From contig NC_008698.1 of NCBI RefSeq assembly GCF_000015225.1, forward strand, positions 720,001 through 752,000: DNA of 32,000 nt. Direction: 5' to 3'. The position numbers were made by a program, and so were the translations under genes. Positions 15,271 through 23,028 of the stretch are shown here, piece by piece. The notes beneath the pieces were generated by a model. The model did not search any database and was not told the origin of the DNA. It was given only the letters and a program-made list of their open reading frames with translations. The stretch comes from Thermofilum pendens Hrk 5. Its GTDB lineage: Archaea > Thermoproteota > Thermoprotei > Thermofilales > Thermofilaceae. Every line of letters begins with the position of its first letter. Within the stretch, counting starts at the first letter, position 1.

Positions 15271-17183
15271 CGCGCAAAGTCTACCTCCTCTATACCCTTT
15301 TCCCTCCGTTTCAAAGCTCGCCTAACCGCAACGATTGCTGCGAGGAAGACTGTTGCCACCAATGCGTAAAGCGCGACTTTACCGGTCACCGTGAAACCGC
15401 CTATTTTCACGATCTCGTCTACCTGTACGACTCTGAACGTGTCGGAGATCAGCCGGACGGTTTGGGGCTGGGCCCCCTCTACTATCAACGTGTAGTTCCC
15501 CGCCGGTACTAGCCCGAAGTCCGCCCTTCCAGCCTCGTCTGTGAGCCTGGTAGACGAGAAGCCTCCTCCCTCGAGGAAAACCACGGCACCCTTCACCGGT
15601 TGGTCCAGGAGGTTTCTCACCAACACTTGAAGCCTGTATGCCTGTATCGAGAGAACGCTCCTGCCGCCCTTCAAGTCTACCTCGACTGAGTACCTCGCAA
15701 GCCTAGTGTTGTTCCAGTACACCTCGAGCGAGTAGGTACCCGGGGGGACTCCGTGGAACACGGCTAGGCCCTCCGCGGAACTGTTCGCGACGAGCTCAAC
15801 AGCTCCTTTGAGGACAGCCTTGTAAGAGGTGAGCACTTCGCCGGCTCCTTGCCGCACGAACTGGAAGCTCACAGTCGTGGTGTTCGTGAGTATTTCTGCG
15901 GCCGAGTCGCCTAGGAGCGTCACGCGCCCCCTCCCCACGACCCTAGACGCTACGTATGCTACGACGTCGTAGGTACCCGCGGCTAGGGGGCAGACCACGG
16001 CTTCCCCTCCCCTGGCGATGCCCGAGTACACGGGGACGCCGGCCCTGTACACTACGAAGTATGTGTTGTTTAACGGGTAGCCCGCGATATCAGTGAATTT
16101 CAACGAGAGGCTGTAGATAGGCGGCTGTACGAGTAGCTCGGGGGGCGGCGTGTAGACGACGACGTCTCCCAGGGAGATGCCGGCGGAGAAAAACCTCACA
16201 GTGATGGTAGTGTTGGCGCCCAGGATTACTCTAGAGCCTTCCAACACGCCTCCCTCGGGGGGAATAACCCTGTACGAGTAGTCCTTGACCCCACAGAGGC
16301 TCTCAGGCTTAGCTACGGTCACGCTAACGTTGTAGCTCCGTAGCCCAGCCTTCTCCGAGAGGTCCCTCGCGAAACGTAGCAATACGTGGGGTGGCCGCCC
16401 GGCTAGAGCGTTTTCCTCGACTCCCGGGAGCGAGGGGTGGTTTGCGAAGAATAGCCTGAAGCTGTAAGGCGGGTACACCACCTCGTCGTCGCTCGGAGGT
16501 ATAAAGTAGAGGTACCACGCCTTCACGCTGATAGCACCGGGTCGTAGCGACACGTTGAGGAAAGGCACGACTACGTCCGCGACGAATATATCCTGCCCTA
16601 AGACTCTTATCGAAGAGGAATTTAGCACGAAGAATGGCTTGTCGAGGACTTTGAACACGTCGCCGGGCGACAGGAGTAAAAGCTCCAACCTCACGCCGGC
16701 GGCGACGAAGCCGGGAAGCGGCGGTACCGACACGTTGAAGCTAGGCGACGACGGAAGGCTTGACTGCACCCCTATAACTCCGGAAACTACGGGCCCCGGG
16801 CTGACCTTCTGGAACCTTACCTCCACCACGTGCATTTTCCCGTCTAGCGCCACGGACGCCGCGAACCACAGAACGCCCGTCCCGTTCACAACGCTGTACC
16901 TGGAGCCGTCGACACTTACGGATACGGGTTGCAGGCCGGACGAGGGATCCGAGCGCACGACGAGCACGCTTGCAACTGTTTGAACCGTCAGCGAGGGGGA
17001 ATTGACGTTGACGGGCACGTACCTACTCTTCCAAGCTCCAGCCACGTACTCTAGGACCTCCACGTAGTAGTGCTCTGCGATGGGCGCAGCGCGGAGCGCT
17101 GGAACCAGCAAGAGAAAACACAGCAGAAACGTCGACCAGTGCTCTCTCCTCAAGCCAGACCCCGCAGACTGTGTTCGCAACAT
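15267..17183 (-). CDS. secreted, C-terminally anchored surface glycoprotein with repeated Ig-like (carboxypeptidase-regulatory-like) modules
   Basis: The 638-aa product has the N-terminal signal-like 'STFLLCFLLLVPALRAAP' and a C-terminal TM helix followed by a basic tail, 'VALYALVATVFLAAIVAVRRALKRREKG'. The repeats 'AGTYDVVAYV', 'PGTYSLEVYW' and 'AGNYTLIVEG' are present. I count 11 N-x-S/T sequons by hand. Confidence 0.75.
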   Translation of the reverse strand: MLRTQSAGSGLRREHWSTFLLCFLLLVPALRAAPIAEHYYVEVLEYVAGAWKSRYVPVNVNSPSLTVQTVASVLVVRSDPSSGLQPVSVSVDGSRYSVVNGTGVLWFAASVALDGKMHVVEVRFQKVSPGPVVSGVIGVQSSLPSSPSFNVSVPPLPGFVAAGVRLELLLLSPGDVFKVLDKPFFVLNSSSIRVLGQDIFVADVVVPFLNVSLRPGAISVKAWYLYFIPPSDDEVVYPPYSFRLFFANHPSLPGVEENALAGRPPHVLLRFARDLSEKAGLRSYNVSVTVAKPESLCGVKDYSYRVIPPEGGVLEGSRVILGANTTITVRFFSAGISLGDVVVYTPPPELLVQPPIYSLSLKFTDIAGYPLNNTYFVVYRAGVPVYSGIARGGEAVVCPLAAGTYDVVAYVASRVVGRGRVTLLGDSAAEILTNTTTVSFQFVRQGAGEVLTSYKAVLKGAVELVANSSAEGLAVFHGVPPGTYSLEVYWNNTRLARYSVEVDLKGGRSVLSIQAYRLQVLVRNLLDQPVKGAVVFLEGGGFSSTRLTDEAGRADFGLVPAGNYTLIVEGAQPQTVRLISDTFRVVQVDEIVKIGGFTVTGKVALYALVATVFLAAIVAVRRALKRREKGIEEVDFAR

Positions 17184-17251
17184 GCATAAGAAGGTAACGC
17201 GCTGAGAAAAGGTAATTAAGAGCCGGGCTCGATGAAGGGTGAGGGCTCGGA

Positions 17252-18865
17252 ATGCACTGGGTTAAAGGCGTAGCGGAGAGCGTGGCTTCGAGGGCTCGAG
17301 AGAAGGGGGTAGTAGTTGCAAACGGTGGCTTATCGGTCTCAGGGTTGCAGCACGTCGGCAGGCTGAGGGGAGAGATCACTGTGGTCGACACGGTCGTCAG
17401 GCTTCTACGCAGGGAGGGTTACGACGCCGTTCACAAGCTGACGCTTTACACCGTAGATGCGTGGAAGGGTAAGGAAGCCCAGCGTAGCCAGTTCGGGGAT
17501 CCCGAGGAGGCGAGGGCCTACACGGGGCGCCCCCTCTACATGGTGCCAGACCCCCACGGCTGCCACGCCAACTGGGTGGAGCACTACTGGGACGAGTTCG
17601 GAAGCCACCTGGGCTCCTTCGCGGAGAAAGTGGACGTCGTGACAACGAAGGAGCTGTACGAGAGCGACGAGCGGATGAAGAAGTTCGTCCTCCTCTCCGT
17701 GACGGACCTCAGGGAAAAGGTTGTAGAGACGATAAACAAGTACAGGGGCGAGAAAAAGCTCCAGCCCGGCTACATACCGTTCCAGCCTATCTGCGAGAAG
17801 TGTGGGCGCGTCGACACCACCGAAGCACTGGAAGTCGACGCGGCGAACTACAGAGTTAGGTACGTGTGTAGGCACTGCGGGCACGAGGGGTGGCAGAGCC
17901 TCGCGAAGGGGAAGCTCAACTGGCGAGTCGAGTGGGTAGGCGTCTGGTACGCGCTCGGAGTAGACTTCGAGCCCTACGGGAAGGATCACGCGACTCCGGG
18001 CGGCTCCCGGGATAGTTGCAACGAGCTGGCGGAGAAGGTTTACGGCTTCAACCCCCCGCTGGGGCTCGCATACGAGTGGGTGGGCTACAGGAAGCAGGGA
18101 AAAGACATGGGAGACATGGGTTCGAGCGACTTCATAGGCTTCTCCCCCCGTCAGTGGCTCGAGGTCGCCGAGGGGGAGGTACTGAGGTACATCTACCTCT
18201 CAGCCCCGCCCATGAGGCGGATAGTCCTGAGCCTAGAAGAGGTTCCGTCGTACTACGACACATTCGACAAGGCAGAAAGAGTTTACTACGGGCTGGAAGA
18301 GGGAGACAAGGAGGCGGCAGAGTCCTACGAACTCGCCCTGCTGGCGAAGCCCCCCTCTGAGCCGCCATTCCAGCTCCGCTACCTGAACGCCATGATCCTG
18401 ACCCAGGTTCTGCCGAGCAAAGGGGAGGACCTCGGCGAAGTAGTGGAACGGTTGAAGTCCACTAAGCAGCTAACCCGGGAGCTAACGGAGTACGACGTAG
18501 AGAGGATCAAGAGGAGAATAAGATTGGCGAGGCGCTGGCTAGAGCTGTACGCGCCGGAGTACTACCGGATAACAGTAGTGGAGGAGCCCCCGCTCACAGA
18601 GATAGAGAAGGTCATGGACGAGAGGATTTCCCAGCTCCTGGCAGCATTGCTCGACTCTCTCCAGAGGCTCGAGGTCTGGAACGAGGAAGAGATCAAGAAG
18701 GCGATGGTTTCCATCGAGCGTACCAAGGAGGAGGAAAAGAAGCTGTTCCAAGTCCTCTACCTATCGTTCTTCGGAAGACCCTCGGGCCCGAGGATAGCGC
18801 CTTACCTCGGGATGCTTGACAGAGACTTTGTAATTAACAGGCTTCGCAGACTCGTAGAGAGATAG
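17252..18865 (+). CDS. lysS: lysine--tRNA ligase, class I
   Basis: The 537-aa product is colinear with archaeal class I LysRS as I remember it: 'MHWV', 'VPDPHGCH', the Zn motif 'CEKCGR..CRHCGHEGW', 'GVDFEPYGKDH', 'LARRWLELYAPE' and C-terminal 'GPRIAPYLGMLDRDFVINRLR'. Confidence 0.93.
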   Translation: MHWVKGVAESVASRAREKGVVVANGGLSVSGLQHVGRLRGEITVVDTVVRLLRREGYDAVHKLTLYTVDAWKGKEAQRSQFGDPEEARAYTGRPLYMVPDPHGCHANWVEHYWDEFGSHLGSFAEKVDVVTTKELYESDERMKKFVLLSVTDLREKVVETINKYRGEKKLQPGYIPFQPICEKCGRVDTTEALEVDAANYRVRYVCRHCGHEGWQSLAKGKLNWRVEWVGVWYALGVDFEPYGKDHATPGGSRDSCNELAEKVYGFNPPLGLAYEWVGYRKQGKDMGDMGSSDFIGFSPRQWLEVAEGEVLRYIYLSAPPMRRIVLSLEEVPSYYDTFDKAERVYYGLEEGDKEAAESYELALLAKPPSEPPFQLRYLNAMILTQVLPSKGEDLGEVVERLKSTKQLTRELTEYDVERIKRRIRLARRWLELYAPEYYRITVVEEPPLTEIEKVMDERISQLLAALLDSLQRLEVWNEEEIKKAMVSIERTKEEEKKLFQVLYLSFFGRPSGPRIAPYLGMLDRDFVINRLRRLVER

Positions 18866-19006
18866 CACCCTTTCTCCATTGAGGACAGAAAACTGAAAGC
18901 GGAAAACCACCAGGGAAGCGCATGCTCGTCTCTCGTCTTCTCGTCTCCTTCGTACACGCTCGCGAGAAGCTTGCGACAAGCTTAATAGAGAGTAGACGCT
19001 GAAGGT

Positions 19007-19372
19007 GTGACTGACTTCAAAGAGGTGGGGAGAGTGGGGTACATGGGTGAGAAGACTAAGCCCAGCAAGCTTCTCATAGTGGTGACGATGATACCGGTAC
19101 TTCTGGACGGCGCCGTGTGGATGGTCACCGAGGGCTTCAACGTGAAGCCCAGGTTCTTCCCGCCGCTAGTCTACGCTGTTGGATCGCTGGTTATGCTTGT
19201 GCTCGCGGTTTTCGTCTCTTTCATAGGCTATACTATGTCGAAAGATGAGGAGCCGGAGTGGGGGAGCAAGCTCCCCTTCAAGCTGATACAGGCTCTTAAT
19301 ATCCTCTGGGTCCTCGTATCCGTGATGTTCGCCTTGCTGGTAGTATTCATCTACTTCATGAGGATAGCGTAA
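19007..19372 (+). CDS. small membrane protein (about 3 TM helices), no family recognised
   Basis: This is a 121-aa ORF starting at GTG 19007. An alternative ATG at 19043 is preceded by GAGGTGGGG. The hydrophobic helices include 'LLIVVTMIPVLLDGAVWMV', 'LVYAVGSLVMLVLAVFVSFIGY' and 'ILWVLVSVMFALLVVFIYF'. Confidence 0.5.
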   Translation: MTDFKEVGRVGYMGEKTKPSKLLIVVTMIPVLLDGAVWMVTEGFNVKPRFFPPLVYAVGSLVMLVLAVFVSFIGYTMSKDEEPEWGSKLPFKLIQALNILWVLVSVMFALLVVFIYFMRIA

Positions 19373-19427
19373 CTCGGAAATGTGCTGAGGCCCCCAGTAA
19401 ATAGAGAAGGTTACTACAGTGCGTAAT

Positions 19428-21017
19428 CTATAGTGCTTTTAATCGTTCTTCGCAGCGCCTGAGCTCTTCCTTCAAGGACGCGTTCTCCTTCTCCAGGCTC
19501 GCTACCCGAGCCTCAAGCTCTGCCAGCCTCTTCAGCTTCTCTTCGAGTGCTTTTTCGCGTGACTTCAACTCAGCTTCCCTAGCTTCAAGCCTCTCTCTAA
19601 GCTCGACGAGCGCGCTCTCCTTCGATGCCAGCATCCTCTGGTAGCCCGTGAGCTCCCTCTCCCTCTCCAGCAGGCGCTTCTCCCACTGGGCAAGCTCCTC
19701 CTGCTCCTTCAGCAGTCTTTCCTTGGCTGGCAGGAGCTCCTCTTTAAGGATTCTCTCCTTCTCCTCTATTTCAGCCCTCAGTTTGCGCAGGTACCCCTCC
19801 TTCTCCTCTATCTGCTTTAAGAGGTACTCTAGCTTCTCCGTCTTCGCCTCCCTCTGCGCAACCTCCTTTTCGCGCTGAACGAGAGCCTGAGTTTTCTCTA
19901 AAATCTCTCTCTCCATCGCTTGGGCTTTCTCTAGGAGAGCTTTCTCCCTTGCCGCTAGCTCGCTCTCCCACTTTTTAAGCTTCTGCTCGAGCTCCTGAAG
20001 CTCTATTCTCAGCTTTCTAGCCTCTTCGGCGTCGGAGGCAATCTTGCTGGAAAAGCTTTTTAGCTCTGCCTCGCGGCGTTCAAGCTCTATCTGCTTAGCG
20101 ATTAGTTCTTGTTCTTTTTGCCTTAGAAACTCTATATACTTCACTAAATCGCCTACCTCGGGTATCTTGGAGACGGCCTTGTTAAGATTCTCGAGAAGAG
20201 TTGTCATGGATTTTTCTCTCTCGATTAGCTCTTTCTCCTTTTCTTCAAGTTTCTTAGCCTGCTCTTCCAGCAGTTGTTTTCTCTCTTCTAGCTCCTTTAT
20301 TTGTCTTGTTAACGCCTCGGCTTTGGCAGAGAGTTGCGTGTACTCCTCAACCATTTTGGCGTATTTCTCCGCGTTTTCTCGCAGTTCTTTAGCTGTTTCG
20401 TCCACGGAAGACAGGCTTCCGCTGAGCGACTCGATCAGCTTCGCTATATTGTCCAGCGAGTCCTGGAGGAGCGTGTGCGTCTCAGATATTCCTCTTAAAC
20501 TTTCAACGACTTTGTTTAGTTCTTCAAGGTTTACTCTGCCAAGTTCTTTCCGAGCGGCATCTATGGCTTCGAGCAACTTGGTCGAGTATTCCGTTACCTT
20601 ACCATCGATGAGGTCTGTGCGCGCAGTAATTTCCTTTAAGCCGTCTAGGATACTGTCAATTTTTTGTATTTCCTCGCTGATTTTTTGAATCTGCTCAGCG
20701 ATTGCATGTATTGTCTCTACTTTTTCCTCCAAAGATGTGAACTCATCGGTTATCTGTTTCTGTAGCTCGTCTACCTGGCTACTGGTAGCTGTCCTTTGAA
20801 GTAAGTCTAAGACGTCTGCCAGGGAGGCTCTGAGCTCCTCCAGGGAGGCTGAGAGCTGCGTGAGAGACGTCCTGATGCTCGCTCTTATAGGCTCTTGGAG
20901 TGTGTCCGGCAACGTGGATATCCTGCGGTCAATGGTGGACATCATCGCCTTTATCTCTTCGCTGAGCTCCTCAATCGTCATCCCTTTTTCCTCCTTTTTT
21001 CCTCTGAAAAATGCCAT
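19428..21017 (-). CDS. 529-aa all-helical coiled-coil protein (no P-loop, no TM helix)
   Basis: This is a long ATG ORF with heptad-like E/K/R/L-rich sequence throughout. The opposite-strand 214-aa ORF is a Ser-rich shadow of it. The AT boxes (minus reading) aattatag and tatatatt lie ~35-60 nt upstream. Confidence 0.8.
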   Translation of the reverse strand: MAFFRGKKEEKGMTIEELSEEIKAMMSTIDRRISTLPDTLQEPIRASIRTSLTQLSASLEELRASLADVLDLLQRTATSSQVDELQKQITDEFTSLEEKVETIHAIAEQIQKISEEIQKIDSILDGLKEITARTDLIDGKVTEYSTKLLEAIDAARKELGRVNLEELNKVVESLRGISETHTLLQDSLDNIAKLIESLSGSLSSVDETAKELRENAEKYAKMVEEYTQLSAKAEALTRQIKELEERKQLLEEQAKKLEEKEKELIEREKSMTTLLENLNKAVSKIPEVGDLVKYIEFLRQKEQELIAKQIELERREAELKSFSSKIASDAEEARKLRIELQELEQKLKKWESELAAREKALLEKAQAMEREILEKTQALVQREKEVAQREAKTEKLEYLLKQIEEKEGYLRKLRAEIEEKERILKEELLPAKERLLKEQEELAQWEKRLLERERELTGYQRMLASKESALVELRERLEAREAELKSREKALEEKLKRLAELEARVASLEKENASLKEELRRCEERLKAL

Positions 21018-21182
21018 CCCCTACACCTGTTAGCATATGCACGACTTAGCTATAATTAGGTATCGATCAATATATACGCGGGGTCCACGCTTGCACGTGA
21101 TTCATGGAAGAGATGTTGCGCGCGCGACTCGCTATGCGGAGGGAGGAGAGGGCCGGGCGCCTTTCCCTGCCGGTCTTACTCT

Positions 21183-22595
21183 TTAGTCTTCTGTCCCCAG
21201 CTCTTCTAAGAGCTTTACAAGGCTCTGCGCCTTGGGGTACTGTGTGGCCTTGTACCTTGTGAAGGCGAGGAGCGTTGCGCGTAGCTTTGCGTCGCTACGC
21301 GCGTGTTCAAAGAGAGAATTGTGAGTCACCTGGTAGTATTCCTTGCTCCCCATGCGAACCACCCGGACGTCCCAGCCCTGAGCACGCGCCTCCTCCACCC
21401 AGCCTAGAGGCACAGCATCAACCACGATCCTCGCGTAAATACGGTTATCAGCCGTGTAGTAGACTACGTGTAGCTTAGCCCCCGCTATCTCGGCGTAGAA
21501 CGGGTTGTTTTTCTGCCCGTTCTTCCTACCCCTCTTCTGCGGTATCCCGTAGCCGACGAACAAGAAGTGTTTAATCTTGGCGCATTTCGTCACCAATGAG
21601 ACGAACTTTGTGTACTCGCTAGCCCTCTCCACAGCTAAGCGGGCATTGACAATGGCGCTCTCAGCTGGCAGGTAAACTATCTCATGTCTAATTCTGAAGT
21701 AAAGCTCTCTCATTCTCAGGAAATACGCGAGTATGCCGTCTCCTTCATACGCAGTCAGTAGCGCCACGGAATCGCCGTTAAGCGCCTTGCACTCCTCGAC
21801 CAGCCTGCGATACTCTACACGTTTAACTTCGCCGACAAGCCTTGAAGCCCAGCCCAGCTCCTCCTCGTAGCCGTAGACGAGTACATGCCACTCGATGCTT
21901 AGCCTGGTACTGCCAAGAATGCCCGCCGTGACGCCCAAGCGGATATTGCCACTAGGAAAGGCCGCGAGCGTGGCTGGCAACTGCCACGGTTGCGTTGTGC
22001 TGAAACGTACATCGCTGTGGCGCCCATGAGGGGGTGTCACATCCGTCAGGATCCACCCCCTCTGCAGGCTTCTAAGCACGTCTGGCGATGTCCTCACGAG
22101 AACCTCCGGGAAACTAGTCTCAGTCCAGTAGCCCTCCAGCGGTACGTGTACGGACCAGCCGTTAGTAGGCTTGCTCACGACGACGTGCCAGTTCTCGTGT
22201 GGCACGTACACGCGCCAGTGCCTTCCATGCCTCTCGGCTCTAAGACCATCGGCGCCGGCGTCGACGATTGCTTGCAACCTTCCTCTGAGCTCTATGACTG
22301 CGCCTCCCTCCCTCGGCCTCTCGTCGTCGTTCAACAAGAGATACTGGCGGGCGTCGTAGTCGAACAGCTTGCTGAACCTGGGGTAAGCCTCGTCCGGCAC
22401 AACCGTGTAGCCGTTTACGAGGAACCTGGTGAAGTCCCAGTCGACCTCGGTCACAGTGTCGAAGAGGCCGCGGTAGTGCGTCCTGCCCCTCCTCTTATCC
22501 TCTGTTCTGGTGGCATACAAGCTTAGAGCCGCACGCCTCCACGTCTCCTCCCTAACAGTCTTCTCGATTTCCTCATACCCCATCATATCAACCAT
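21183..22595 (-). CDS. 470-aa soluble orphan protein
   Basis: This is an ATG ORF with balanced, protein-like composition. It has a His/Trp-rich block, 'HGRHWRVYVPHENWHVVVSKPTNGWSVHVPLEGYW', and a basic patch, 'GIPQKRGRKNGQKNNPFY'. There is no Walker motif, no Cys cluster and no TM helix. I recognise no family. Confidence 0.75.
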   Translation of the reverse strand: MVDMMGYEEIEKTVREETWRRAALSLYATRTEDKRRGRTHYRGLFDTVTEVDWDFTRFLVNGYTVVPDEAYPRFSKLFDYDARQYLLLNDDERPREGGAVIELRGRLQAIVDAGADGLRAERHGRHWRVYVPHENWHVVVSKPTNGWSVHVPLEGYWTETSFPEVLVRTSPDVLRSLQRGWILTDVTPPHGRHSDVRFSTTQPWQLPATLAAFPSGNIRLGVTAGILGSTRLSIEWHVLVYGYEEELGWASRLVGEVKRVEYRRLVEECKALNGDSVALLTAYEGDGILAYFLRMRELYFRIRHEIVYLPAESAIVNARLAVERASEYTKFVSLVTKCAKIKHFLFVGYGIPQKRGRKNGQKNNPFYAEIAGAKLHVVYYTADNRIYARIVVDAVPLGWVEEARAQGWDVRVVRMGSKEYYQVTHNSLFEHARSDAKLRATLLAFTRYKATQYPKAQSLVKLLEELGTED

Positions 22596-22740
22596 ATTTC
22601 ACCCCTCCTTAAATGGTGGAGGGGGCGCCCTACGCGGGCGCGGCATCAGGGGTCAGCGGTGGTTGATGAGCGACCCGAGGGTTACCGTGCGGGCGATAAG
22701 CGCGCTTTTGCGTCTTCTGGCGAGCACTCTTAGGCGCGCG

Positions 22741-22766
22741 CCTCTACGAGGCGCGCCTAGTAGAGG
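22741..22766. repeat. 26-bp near-perfect palindrome cctctacgaGGCGCGCCtagtagagg (24 of 26 positions symmetric)
   Basis: Read directly. It is preceded by a second GC palindrome, ggcgcgcgcc (22733-22742). Both lie in the 462-nt non-coding gap. Confidence 0.6.
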
Positions 22767-22906
22767 TGTTAGACGCAATCGAAGAGTTTCTAGCCTCTGT
22801 GGGAAGCGCGACCCCGCAAGTCGAGGAAGACAAAGAGCTAGCAAGGGAGCTGGAGGAGGATATCGAGGGGCTGAGAGGGCTAGGGCTAGCGTAAAACTCC
22901 TTTTTC

Positions 22907-22966
22907 CCTGGTTTTGTAAACGCGGGAGCTCGCGGTTTCAGATTTCTCCCGTGTTTGTAAACCAGG
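22907..22966. repeat. ~60-nt nested imperfect hairpin that also carries a direct repeat of TTTGTAAAC
   Basis: The outer stem pairs cctggttt (22907-14) with aaaccagg (22959-66). The inner stem pairs acgcgggag (22920-28) with ctcccgtgt (22946-54), giving 9 bp including one G.U. The loop is 17 nt. tttgtaaac occurs at 22913-21 and again at 22954-62. Confidence 0.5.
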
Positions 22967-23014
22967 AAATTCCCTGAGTTTCCACGTGCACAAGCAAGTC
23001 AGAGAAGCTCGACG

Positions 23015-23028
23015 AAAAGTTTATGTAT
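23015..23028 (+). promoter_or_regulatory. BRE/TATA-like element (aaaagtttatgtat) for the tRNA gene
   Basis: The purine-rich aaaag followed by tttatgta is centred ~34 nt upstream of the mature tRNA 5' end. This is consistent with a short leader. Confidence 0.45.

Noticed and set aside
17405-17989. 194-aa minus-strand ORF
   Set aside because: It is antisense to the class I LysRS gene and shows no motifs.
20044-20688. 214-aa + strand Ser-rich ORF
   Set aside because: It is the complement of the GAG/GAA/AAG/CTC-rich codons of the coiled-coil gene. A poly-Ser/Phe/Leu composition is the expected artefact.
19428-21017. SMC/Rad50-like ATPase annotation for the coiled-coil protein
   Set aside because: There is no Walker A (GxxGxGK[ST]) at the N-terminus, and no signature or Walker B motif at the C-terminus. 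The helices run to both ends of the protein.
21990-22526. 178-aa + strand ORF
   Set aside because: It is antisense to the 470-aa orphan. Its composition is Pro/Arg/Val-rich, and no start context supports it.
22664-22669. UGAUGA, considered as a possible C box of a C/D-box sRNA in the gap
   Set aside because: There is no CUGA D or D' box at the expected 12-nt guide spacing, no C' box and no terminal stem. A single hexamer is not evidence.
22510-22977. 155-aa + strand ORF spanning the non-coding gap
   Set aside because: It begins antisense inside the 470-aa gene and is extremely Arg/Gly/Ala-rich ('RRAPLRGAPSRGVRRNRRVSS'). It looks like a GC-driven open frame rather than a gene. Only its first segment after ATG 22666 is retained, as a speculative note in one finding.
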